A DNA stretch of 64,000 nt. It comes from a bacterium. Its GTDB lineage: Bacteria > Hinthialibacterota > Hinthialibacteria > Hinthialibacterales > Hinthialibacteraceae. Each line of letters opens with the position of its first letter. The stretch's first letter is position 1. Positions 52,235 through 61,908 of the stretch are shown in pieces. The notes below the pieces were generated by a model. It saw only the letters and a list, made by a program, of their open reading frames with translations. It was not told the DNA's origin and searched no databases. Position numbers and translations under genes: made by a program. The stretch lies in contig CAXXMV010000008.1 in assembly GCA_963662285.2 (NCBI GenBank), positions 704,001 to 768,000 on the forward strand, read 5' to 3'.

Positions 52235-52963
52235 TTTCCTGGTTCAACGTGAACTGGAGAATCACTCGTTCTGAGTTAGCACTTCTTTGTATAATAGTTT
52301 GAGTTTTTTAGGCAAGGGGAAACTATCAATCCAATGAATATCTTTTAATGGGAGGCGTAGAAGGAGTGGCCTTCCACACCCCACTCATCGTCTTGATGAG
52401 TTCCATCCGGCTATCCCTGGCGAGTTGCGCTCCCACAGAGCCCGCGTCCGTTTCACCGGATGCTATCATCTTCTTACATCACGTCAGCCGTGTCAAGAGT
52501 TTGCACGGCCTGCAGGTTGGCCTTTCTCCTTCCCGCGCTGCGTGAAGTTTACGATCCCATTCAGCGAAGATCGTGGGTCCGCGTCCGTCAGAGTTCCTTA
52601 AGACTTTTTTTACCTGAATGTGCTTCTCCATGAGTTCATCGAGTACTTCGTTCTTGCGTTTGAGTTTTTTTCCCAGCGCTGCGATTTTTCTCTCAGCGGT
52701 GGCAGACACGTCACTTGGGTTGGATTAGAAGGCGGCGGCTCCATTTTCAAAGAATTGCTTCTGTCAGCGGTAGAACATGGACGGTTGCAGCCCATACGTC
52801 TCACAGTTATCCGATACCTCCTGCCTGTCCACCAAATGGCGCTTCAAAATCCCGACTTTTCCCTGCGGGGTGCAATGCTTGAGTTTCTTTATGATCTCCT
52901 CCATTCGAATATGCTATGCTAACTCAAATGAAGTATTTCTCCATTTCCGTTTGAAACGGAGCA
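52235..52963 (-). mobile_element. IS3-family remnant (internally deleted)
   Basis: Decayed orfA (KVGILKRHLVD…FYR*QKQFFENGAAAF…KNEVLDELM) joined to an orfB tail (DRKLHAARE); imperfect terminal IRs sharing TTCAA…GAA.TGGAGAA…GAGTTAGCA. Confidence 0.7.
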
Positions 52964-53094
52964 CGGGAAGGAAGATTGACATGTCACTACTTTGTATGAT
53001 AAAATCAGGTGTGATATATTTCAGAATAATTCTGGATTAAATGGAAAATCTTGGACATATTGACTAATTTTTTATATCAATTATAGAGGAATCC

Positions 53095-56000
53095 ATGCTT
53101 CATTGCCCTAAATGCCATTCTTCAGATTTGACATTTCGTAAAAAGAAAAACGTCTATATTTGCGATAACTGCGATCATGAGTTTCATACGAAACAATCAT
53201 TTACCGCAAAGCGGATTTTTATCAGTTACGGACATGATGAACATGCCGCGTTGGCAGAAAAACTCAAAAACGATCTTGAAAAGCGTGGACAACTTGTTTG
53301 GTTCGATCGCAACCGGATTCCGCTGGGGCCGGATTGGGAGCTCAGCATCGAACAAGGTCTGGCTTGGTTGAGAGAGAACAGGGAAAACAGTCTCTTTATC
53401 ATCATCATGACACCCCACTCCGTGCGGCGACCGGATGCTTATTGTCTAAATGAAATAGCTTATGCGGTTTCTAAAAAATTCGACATTTTACCGATCATGC
53501 TGGTATATTGCGAACCGCCACTGTCGATCCTTCGCTATCAATATCTAGATATGCAGGATTGTCTTCCAATCGATATTCACGCAACACGCTATGAGAAGCA
53601 TTTTGAACGACTGTGCCAAGCGATCGAGCAGAACCATCGTGATTTTGAGGGTAATCAAGCATATTTCATGAAGTATCTTGATCCATTTTCGCTCTCATTC
53701 AACGCTCAAGTATTATCGAAATTGCCGAATTTTGTGGGACGAGGGTGGGTGATAGAAGCAATCGACCGCTGGCTCAGCGATCCTGAAGGTTCAAAAGTGT
53801 TTTGGATCAGCGGCAAGGCGGGCATCGGAAAATCATCGTTGTCGGTTTGGCTTGTTGAGAATCGCCCGGAAATCGCCGCCTTTCACATGTGCGAGTATCG
53901 CAACAACAATAAATCCGATCCCAAAATATGTCTGCTGTTTCTAGTTTATCAACTCACCCAAGAACTGCCTGATTACCAGGAGAAACTATTACAGCGCGAC
54001 ATTTCCAAAGACGTGCTGGAAAGCGACGCTTCGACGTTGTTTGATTCGCTAGTGGTTGAGCCGCTTTCGATGATCAAAGCGCCTGAACACAACTTCGTGA
54101 TTTTGATCGATGCGTTGGATGAAGCATCGCAAGGTCGTGTTAACGACCTGGCCGAATTCATCGCCAACGACTTCAAGAAGACGCCTTCCTGGCTACGCCT
54201 CATTGTCACCAGCCGACCAGAGACGAATATCCAGACGTATTTTCAATCCATAGATCCCTTTGATTTGGACAAGGCCAAAGATCAGAACGAAAACGACATC
54301 AAAACCTACTTACAAACTGCCTTGAAGCCGTTTTATCCCGATCAACCCATTTCTTCCGGCGTCTTGCAGACCATCGTCGAAAAAAGCGAGATGGTTTTCA
54401 CCTACGTTCAACAAATCATCCAAGAATTGCACGCAGGCCGACTGTCGTTGGATCGGTTAGATGAATTTCCCCGCGGATTGGGCGAATACTTTTTTACATG
54501 GTTTAAGCGACAATTTCCCGAAGCCGACAAACGCAAGCATGACAGCCAGGGGACCGTAGAGATATACAAAAAGCAATGTCTCCCCTTGTTGGAACTCCTG
54601 GCTGTCGCCCAAGAGCCATTAGCCTTGAATACCATTAAATCGATTTTGAACTGGGGCGATTATGGCGATGACATCATTAACTTTTTCGGTTCATTGCTCA
54701 TCAAGGATGAGACGGTTCATCCCTTTCACAGTTCGCTGATGGATTGGTTGGAAGATTCACAACGGTCGTATCCCTATACCATCCGCGCCATCGCCGGGCA
54801 TCGCCGTATGATGGAGTATGGTTGGGGAGTGTATGAAGACAATGTCCAAACCCTTCCTGTGTATTTTTTAAGGCGCCTTCCTCTTCATCTAATGGCTTTG
54901 GAGGAATGGGATCGTATCCGACAGTTTCTTTGTGAACCGCATATTCTCTCTCATTGGTCGAGGGATAAGCAGCAATATGAATTGCTCGCGCTGTGGCGGC
55001 AAATTGGCGAGGCCCTGGACATGGTCGCTCTATATATGGAGGCGACTGTACATCTGGGGGCATCGGATTTTTCACCTCGGCGAAAGCAGCAGATTTTACG
55101 TTCGATCGCTTCGTTTTTGGCTTTGAACGGTCACTATTCGTCGGCGGAAACTCTTCTTCGACAAGCGTTAGCGATTCTGATGGAATTAGAGGAAGCGTCT
55201 TTGATCGATGTAACCGAATGCAAGGAGGATTTAGCGCGAGTTTATACACATCAATACAAGCAGGCCCCGGCGCTTCGTTTATTTAAGGAAGTGGAAAAAG
55301 CATATGAAAGCGAATTGGGCTTGGATCACTCTGATATGGCAGATTTATTCACCCATATGTCGGATTTGTATTATCAGCAATGCCGATTCACTGAGGCAGC
55401 GCATTATTGCCGTCAGGCTCTTAATATCCATAAGAAACATTTTCACTTCAATCACTCTCTTCTCGCTGATTCGCAGCATGCCTTGGCGAATATCAATCGC
55501 TCTCAAGGGTGTGGTGAAGAAGCGGAATCGCTCTATTTGAGATGTCTGAACATTCACCACGAAAACTTGGGAGATGATCATATCAAGGTCGCCGACGTGT
55601 TGCACGATTTGGCGATTCTCTACTTTCAACAAAATAACATTACGCAAGCGGAATACCATTTCAAACGCGCATTCGAGATTCGCAACCGTTTTTTGGGGGC
55701 GTCTCACCCTCAAATCGCGGATACATTGAGCGCGTTGGCGGACGTCATGGTCTCCAAAGGTGACCTTACGGGCGCCGAACGGTATTATCAAGACGCCTTA
55801 CAGATGCTGGAGACGTCATTCGGCAAAGAAAGCGTAAAGCGGGCGGACGTTATGGAGCGATTCGCCGAGCTCTATATACGTCAGGATCGCTTTGAACCGG
55901 CGATGCGGCTGCTCGATGAAACTCTCTCCATTCGAAATAAGTATTTGGGTCCCATTCAGTTCGACACCATGCGCGCACGGCGTAAGAGAACACAATTACA

Positions 56001-57720
56001 GCTACGTTATGAAGGACTGGATAAAAGAAGTGCGTTTGCTAATCGAAATGAGTTCCTTGATATCGAAAGCAGACTGGCTGAAACGTACGGTCAGGCAATC
56101 TATGATGCATTTGTAGAGAAAAAAAGTCCGGAACCGGGCGATTTACTGCCGCCCCAAACCGCCGTACAGTTACAAAATGATCTTGCCCTACTTAGGGATG
56201 TGATAGAAATACGCTTGTATGCGGATGTTCTTTCCTACACCATGGTTCAATACCGCATTTGTGAGCTCAGTGGAGATTGGGGCGATGTGGGAAAAGACCG
56301 CGCCGATTTTAATTTGATGCAAGTACTGCTTTCTCTTCCGCCCGATGAAGAGATCCAATTTCACCACTATTCACTATATGCAGAGGCGCGAGAGGAATTG
56401 ATGGGAACGCTGCATCTTGATCGCTTGAATAAAGAATCGATCGATGCGTTGAAAAAAAAGATGGAATGGTTCGAGTTAAAGATATTAAACAAAAAATTCA
56501 ATCTGAAATCGAAGGAGATTAATCGAATTCTCGCATGGTTGAAATCCAATCATCGATTGACAAACTCATCGGAATGCTTGTTATGGGGAAGAGCAGATTG
56601 CTTCGGTATGCAAAACAACACAATATCCATCTACCACCATGAGGAGATGCGTTCACCTTTGCTGGCCAATTATTGCGTATCATTTTCGAAAGATACGGAA
56701 ATCATCTTACGTGAAGAAGGGATCAACTATGTGATGTATATCAAATGGGCGAGTGTATTTAATGGTTCGGCGTTTGCGCCGACGGCTAAGGAACAAATCT
56801 CGGATCGTCTAAAACAATGCGCGCTGGAGGCCTGCCGAATCGGAACGCGACGGGATTTTGAACTGCAGAAAGATTTTTTCATCAGCGCCATGATGGAAAA
56901 TATTTTTTATTATGAATTAACCGACAAATCACTCAATGAGGTGGTTGGAAGTATATCCGTTGGAATGCAATCTGGATTAAGGAACTTCCACAATAAAAAT
57001 TTCCTGGCGCACGTGAATTGTCTTACATGCGAATGGCATCCGCTTGTCGATGGCAAAGTCAGCCCCATCGGCAATATTTTAGACACAGCTATCGAGAAGA
57101 GCGATTACAACCGCGCCTTGCAACTTCTATATATCTATCTCAGCGACGGCTGGTTTCTAGACACCGACATCTCTTTTATGTATCCCTATACTCATATTCT
57201 GTACCTTCTTATTCTTCCTTATCTGAAAGAGCCTTTGTATGTCGACTTTGAAATGATGCAAAAGGATTTGCCGACACTGTTTGATTTTATGATAAGTGAA
57301 TATAAGCGAATGCTCGAACATTTGCATAATTTCCTTCTTAAACGAAGTTATATTGATGAGGGAAAAGAATGCCATTTTGAGAATATCAAAGATAAGATTC
57401 TCTGCTTCCAAACACTTTATGAAACGTTGGGTACACATTTCGACACGGAATGGGTGAAATCAATTAATTTTTGGAGAAATTTTTTCAGCAGAGTTCTTCG
57501 AGAAGATCCCTTGTTTCATCAGGCATTGACGATTCAGATCCAAGAATATCAAATGGATTTCTATGCCAAATTGTTGAGTCGTTTTCATGGCCAAAAGCAA
57601 TACGATCCCAGCCCGGCTGGTGTTGAGAATTATATCATCGAACAAATGACGGATCGAGGGTACTCCATTCGAGATAAGCAGATGATCTATCTACCTTTAT
57701 CCGAACTTGGACTCGATTGA
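53095..57720 (+). CDS. Zn-ribbon-TIR-NACHT/STAND-TPR protein with unassigned C-terminal domain
   Basis: CPKC…CDNC; IFISYGH…WFDR…YCLNEI (TIR Glu present); FVGRGW, GKAGIGKS, ILIDALDE, IVTSRP; kinesin-light-chain-type TPRs. Confidence 0.9.
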   Translation: MLHCPKCHSSDLTFRKKKNVYICDNCDHEFHTKQSFTAKRIFISYGHDEHAALAEKLKNDLEKRGQLVWFDRNRIPLGPDWELSIEQGLAWLRENRENSLFIIIMTPHSVRRPDAYCLNEIAYAVSKKFDILPIMLVYCEPPLSILRYQYLDMQDCLPIDIHATRYEKHFERLCQAIEQNHRDFEGNQAYFMKYLDPFSLSFNAQVLSKLPNFVGRGWVIEAIDRWLSDPEGSKVFWISGKAGIGKSSLSVWLVENRPEIAAFHMCEYRNNNKSDPKICLLFLVYQLTQELPDYQEKLLQRDISKDVLESDASTLFDSLVVEPLSMIKAPEHNFVILIDALDEASQGRVNDLAEFIANDFKKTPSWLRLIVTSRPETNIQTYFQSIDPFDLDKAKDQNENDIKTYLQTALKPFYPDQPISSGVLQTIVEKSEMVFTYVQQIIQELHAGRLSLDRLDEFPRGLGEYFFTWFKRQFPEADKRKHDSQGTVEIYKKQCLPLLELLAVAQEPLALNTIKSILNWGDYGDDIINFFGSLLIKDETVHPFHSSLMDWLEDSQRSYPYTIRAIAGHRRMMEYGWGVYEDNVQTLPVYFLRRLPLHLMALEEWDRIRQFLCEPHILSHWSRDKQQYELLALWRQIGEALDMVALYMEATVHLGASDFSPRRKQQILRSIASFLALNGHYSSAETLLRQALAILMELEEASLIDVTECKEDLARVYTHQYKQAPALRLFKEVEKAYESELGLDHSDMADLFTHMSDLYYQQCRFTEAAHYCRQALNIHKKHFHFNHSLLADSQHALANINRSQGCGEEAESLYLRCLNIHHENLGDDHIKVADVLHDLAILYFQQNNITQAEYHFKRAFEIRNRFLGASHPQIADTLSALADVMVSKGDLTGAERYYQDALQMLETSFGKESVKRADVMERFAELYIRQDRFEPAMRLLDETLSIRNKYLGPIQFDTMRARRKRTQLQLRYEGLDKRSAFANRNEFLDIESRLAETYGQAIYDAFVEKKSPEPGDLLPPQTAVQLQNDLALLRDVIEIRLYADVLSYTMVQYRICELSGDWGDVGKDRADFNLMQVLLSLPPDEEIQFHHYSLYAEAREELMGTLHLDRLNKESIDALKKKMEWFELKILNKKFNLKSKEINRILAWLKSNHRLTNSSECLLWGRADCFGMQNNTISIYHHEEMRSPLLANYCVSFSKDTEIILREEGINYVMYIKWASVFNGSAFAPTAKEQISDRLKQCALEACRIGTRRDFELQKDFFISAMMENIFYYELTDKSLNEVVGSISVGMQSGLRNFHNKNFLAHVNCLTCEWHPLVDGKVSPIGNILDTAIEKSDYNRALQLLYIYLSDGWFLDTDISFMYPYTHILYLLILPYLKEPLYVDFEMMQKDLPTLFDFMISEYKRMLEHLHNFLLKRSYIDEGKECHFENIKDKILCFQTLYETLGTHFDTEWVKSINFWRNFFSRVLREDPLFHQALTIQIQEYQMDFYAKLLSRFHGQKQYDPSPAGVENYIIEQMTDRGYSIRDKQMIYLPLSELGLD

Positions 57721-57744
57721 AACAGGACGAAACTACTGGAACTG

Positions 57745-60700
57745 TTGAGCAGTACAGACGACGCGTTCTTGACAAACAGAGCATTAATCGAGGTTTTTAT
57801 GCTAATCGATTTTCTGACTTATCAACGAGAGACCCAAAAGCAACCGGCTCCGTCTAAGCCACTCGATTGGACTTGCGGGGAATTGCTTTGTGATGTCAGC
57901 TATCTTCAATACACGGGGCCGTCGGAATGGGAGTGCACTGGTTTATTCGGCTCTTCACATACATGCAAAGATATACACCGGAATCGCCGTTTTCTCTGCT
58001 TGGTTCCACGGGAAGAAATCTATCGCAAAGGTTGGGTGCGTAAGCGATTTGCGTTTGAGTACAAACGGCTTCTCACCGCCTCTCCCTCCCCCTTTCTGAT
58101 GATTCCCGTAGGATGGATCGAAAGGGTTGATTATGTCATGTGCATCTTGGAATGGAATGACAGGGTTCCGCTGCAAACCTTGTTAGAATCATCACAATCG
58201 GCGCCATCCTCTTCTCCACTTCCCTTTGCCGATCCCCAAGTGCGAGCGCGCGATGCACTCGAATTGTTTTTCCAAGTCGCCACGGGAATGAAACAGTTGC
58301 ATGACAAAACAGGGTTGATTCATCACAATCTTCATCCCGGAACCCTCTTTTGGAGTCAAGAGCGTCAGGCGTTTCAAATCAGCGGTTTTCTACTTTCGCA
58401 TAGTCTGTATTGGACTCGGGAGGATGAACCTGAGTTTGAAACGACATTTCCGGACAACAATGTATCTTCAGAAGATAGTATCTGCGCATTTCAATTTCCC
58501 GAATCCGTCCGTCCCTATCTTCCTCCAGATGTTCTCGATAATCCCCTGCATGCGGAACCCTGCGACGATATATATTCTCTCGGCATGATCGTATATCAAA
58601 TTCTGCATAATTTTAACGATGAAGTCGTCAAGCGGTTTCCAACGGATGGTTTTGAAACGCCCGAGTGTGGAAGTGATGGGCTTCTTACCTTACTGCGCCG
58701 ATGCCTGGCGACGCAGAGGGATGATCGATGCATTTCGTGGGACGCTCTTCTCGACGATGTACGTAATATGTTGTCTGAAAATAAGAGTCGATCCCTGCAA
58801 AAACCCCAACTCATTCTTTCATGCGACGACTGTGTGAATCTATCCTGGGCGCACATCGACATGAGTAAATACAGTCGCGCCGGGGAATGGGCCAACCAAG
58901 CCCTCGACATCGAGTCGAATAATTCTTTCGCTCAAATAGCCAAGATGATCACTCTTGGGAAAATCGGTCGCTTGGATGAAGCCTTTGAAATTGGATCATC
59001 CTTACTTCGTAGAGAGCCGGAAAACGCCGAAGCGCATAATTATATGGGTTATTTGTATTACCAAAAAGGAGATTTCAAAACCAGTCTTGAACATTTTGAA
59101 TCCAGTTTGCGTTACGATTCCAACCTAGCCTGCAACTATAACAACCTCACTGTACTCTATCTTGTTCACGAACGCCTGAAAGAAGCGCGGGACTGCTTGA
59201 TGCGGGGCTTGGAACGCTTTCCCTTCGATCCCGATCTATTGGTTTCATGGGTTAGTGTATCCGAATCGCTAGGAGACCTCCCGAGCGCATTGGCCCATCT
59301 CGAAGAAAAACTCGCGGACGATTGGGATGGCTCCATTCACAATGCGTATGGTATGGTGCTGGAAAAAAAAGGCCGCCTCGATGACGGAATAATCCGGCTA
59401 GAGGCCTTTCTTTCGACCAGGCCGAGCGCCCATCTCGCTTGGAACCGGTTGGGAATTCTTTCAGAAAACGCCGGACATTTGGAAAAAAGTCTGGAAAGTT
59501 TTCAAAAGGCCATCCGTCTCAAACCACATGACGAAAACTATGTGGGCAATTGCCTACGGATTTTAAACTCATTGGGTTGTTTGTCTGAGGGAATTCAACT
59601 TGGAGAACAATGGTTGTCCTGTTATTATCCCGCAATGTCTGTTAGCAGCCTATTGGGAGTGCTATTGACTAATGCGGATGAGATAGAACGCGCGGTAGAG
59701 CCTCTTCAGAACGCTCAACGCATTGCCCCTTGCGATGAGACATTGGCGGGCAATCTGGTTCACAGTCTGCGCATTGCCGACCAGGTAAATCAAGCCATTG
59801 AATTCGGCGCCGAATGGTCAGTAACTCATAAAGGTGGATCGTATTTTTGGAATCAATTGGGGAACGCCTATTTTGGCTTGGAGCGTTTTGCCGAAGCAAT
59901 TCCCTGTTATCAGAAAGCTCTGGAATTCGAACCGGATGATGCAGAAATCGCATCCAATTTATTAAATGCCTATTTTAAAATAAACGATTTTTCCGCTTGT
60001 ATGCAATTCGCCGAAGCATGGCTTGCAGACCATCAGGGCAACGAGAATTTTCATACTTACTTAAGCATCTCCTTCATCAACACGAATCAGATGGAAAAAG
60101 CCATCTCTACCTTAAAAACCGCTATCAGCAAGCAGCCTGAATTAGCAAATTCACTGAAAGAAGTGATTGCCAAATTAACTCAGAGTGGGCAGGAACAACG
60201 GGCGATTGAATTCGGCGAACTCTGGCTCCTACACAATCCTCCGACGCTGGATGTTTTGAATCAAATCGGAATCGTCCATTACGAAAACAAACGCTTTGAA
60301 GAGGCGACCGCCTGTTTTCGAAACGCACTCGAACTGGAACCAAGTAATAAAACTGTCGCATTGAATATAATGAATTCCTACGATAACTTGAATCAGTATC
60401 AGCGGTGCATCGAATTTGGAGAAAATTGGCTCCAACACAATCCTCCGACGCTGGATGTTTTGAATCTTATCGGAATCGTCCATTACAAAAACAAACGCTT
60501 TGAAGAAGCGACCGCCTGTTTCCAAAACGCGCTCGAACTGGAACCAAGTAATAAAACTGTCGCATTGAATATAATGAATTCCTACGATAACTTGAATCAG
60601 TATCAGCGGTGCATCGAATTTGGAGAAAATTGGCTCCAACACAATCCTCCGACGCTGGATGTTTTGAATCTTATCGGAATCGTCCATTACAAAAACAAAC

Positions 60701-61842
60701 GCTTTGAAGAAGCGACCGCCTGTTTCCAAAACGCGCTCGAACTGGAACCAAGTAATAAAACTGTCGCATTGAATATAATGAATTCCTACGATAACTTGAA
60801 TCAGTATCAGCGGTGCATCGAATTTGGAGAAGATTGGCTTAATCGGCACTCGCCAGATGATACAATATTCGGACATCTTGTCGATGCGTACACTCATTTA
60901 GGAAAGTATGATAAAGCAGAACAAGCGTTAGTAAAAGCACCGAAAGAATATCAATATTTGAGATGTATACTAAACGCTTACTATCAATCCAAACAATTTG
61001 ACAAAGCCATCGATTGTGCAGAACAATGGAAAGATCAATACAATCTTGAGCCGGAGTTATGGAATTCCTTGGGACAAATCCATTATGATAAAAAACAATA
61101 TTCGGAAGCCTTAGAATGCTATGAAGAAGCATCGCGATTGTCCCCTGAAAATCTAGATTACCTTAATAACTCTGCTTTGGCCTTGTCCTCATTAAAAAAA
61201 CACGATGAAGCGATTGCCCGAATGGGCTATGTACTTGAGCAACAGCCTAGTACTTTACTTTATGCACAAAATTACTTTACATGCCTTAAAGACGCCAACC
61301 ACAAAGAAAAAGCTGTTGAATTTGCGAAAGGGTGGATGGAAGCAAATACTGTGGATGAAATTTTATTGAATTCTGTAGGACTAACGTTAGATGATTTAAA
61401 GAAAGATAAAGATGCAATTGAATGCTACCAGAAGGCTCACGAACTGAATCCTCAAAATGCCGGGTATTTAAATAATATGGGAATGAGTTTCAAAGCACTC
61501 GGCCAATTCGATCAAGCCATTACTTTAACGAAGCAAGCCATAGAACTGGAGCCGAAAAATATTGTTATTATTGTGAATCATCTTATCTGTTTGAAAAGTG
61601 CAGACCGTCTGGATGAAGCGATCCAAATCGGCAATGCTTGGATTCAAGAACATGGCGAAAAACCAATAGTTTTAAATCAATTGGCGTTGATTCACGAACA
61701 AAAATTTGATTTTGAAAATGCGCTGGTCTGTTATGATTCCACACAAGAGAAAGAGAAATACCTTGCCGCATTAATAGATTACGGCCGGTATGAAGCCCTG
61801 AATCAAGCCTTGGAATGGTATGACTGGATGGAGACGGCGTGA
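57745..61842 (+). CDS. Ser/Thr kinase-fold (probable pseudokinase) plus extensive TPR array
   Basis: QVATGMKQLH, IHHNLHPGTL, QISGF, YLPPD, DDIYSLG, RCL…R scaffold; many TPRs. Start may be 57799. Confidence 0.85.
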   Translation: MSSTDDAFLTNRALIEVFMLIDFLTYQRETQKQPAPSKPLDWTCGELLCDVSYLQYTGPSEWECTGLFGSSHTCKDIHRNRRFLCLVPREEIYRKGWVRKRFAFEYKRLLTASPSPFLMIPVGWIERVDYVMCILEWNDRVPLQTLLESSQSAPSSSPLPFADPQVRARDALELFFQVATGMKQLHDKTGLIHHNLHPGTLFWSQERQAFQISGFLLSHSLYWTREDEPEFETTFPDNNVSSEDSICAFQFPESVRPYLPPDVLDNPLHAEPCDDIYSLGMIVYQILHNFNDEVVKRFPTDGFETPECGSDGLLTLLRRCLATQRDDRCISWDALLDDVRNMLSENKSRSLQKPQLILSCDDCVNLSWAHIDMSKYSRAGEWANQALDIESNNSFAQIAKMITLGKIGRLDEAFEIGSSLLRREPENAEAHNYMGYLYYQKGDFKTSLEHFESSLRYDSNLACNYNNLTVLYLVHERLKEARDCLMRGLERFPFDPDLLVSWVSVSESLGDLPSALAHLEEKLADDWDGSIHNAYGMVLEKKGRLDDGIIRLEAFLSTRPSAHLAWNRLGILSENAGHLEKSLESFQKAIRLKPHDENYVGNCLRILNSLGCLSEGIQLGEQWLSCYYPAMSVSSLLGVLLTNADEIERAVEPLQNAQRIAPCDETLAGNLVHSLRIADQVNQAIEFGAEWSVTHKGGSYFWNQLGNAYFGLERFAEAIPCYQKALEFEPDDAEIASNLLNAYFKINDFSACMQFAEAWLADHQGNENFHTYLSISFINTNQMEKAISTLKTAISKQPELANSLKEVIAKLTQSGQEQRAIEFGELWLLHNPPTLDVLNQIGIVHYENKRFEEATACFRNALELEPSNKTVALNIMNSYDNLNQYQRCIEFGENWLQHNPPTLDVLNLIGIVHYKNKRFEEATACFQNALELEPSNKTVALNIMNSYDNLNQYQRCIEFGENWLQHNPPTLDVLNLIGIVHYKNKRFEEATACFQNALELEPSNKTVALNIMNSYDNLNQYQRCIEFGEDWLNRHSPDDTIFGHLVDAYTHLGKYDKAEQALVKAPKEYQYLRCILNAYYQSKQFDKAIDCAEQWKDQYNLEPELWNSLGQIHYDKKQYSEALECYEEASRLSPENLDYLNNSALALSSLKKHDEAIARMGYVLEQQPSTLLYAQNYFTCLKDANHKEKAVEFAKGWMEANTVDEILLNSVGLTLDDLKKDKDAIECYQKAHELNPQNAGYLNNMGMSFKALGQFDQAITLTKQAIELEPKNIVIIVNHLICLKSADRLDEAIQIGNAWIQEHGEKPIVLNQLALIHEQKFDFENALVCYDSTQEKEKYLAALIDYGRYEALNQALEWYDWMETA
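60232..60839 (+). repeat. 204-bp intragenic tandem repeat x3 (68 aa, two TPRs per unit)
   Basis: CACAATCCTCCGACGCTGGATGTTTTGAATC recurs at 60232, 60436 and 60640; units are near-identical. Confidence 0.92.
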
Positions 61843-61908
61843 TGAAAATCAAATTTGTTGGAGAGGAAGGTTTAGAATCGAAATTCTTTTTAAGGATCTT
61901 CAGAAAAC

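Noticed and set aside
60229-60897. 222-aa repetitive antisense ORF
   Set aside because: Shadow of the 204-bp TPR repeat on the opposite strand.
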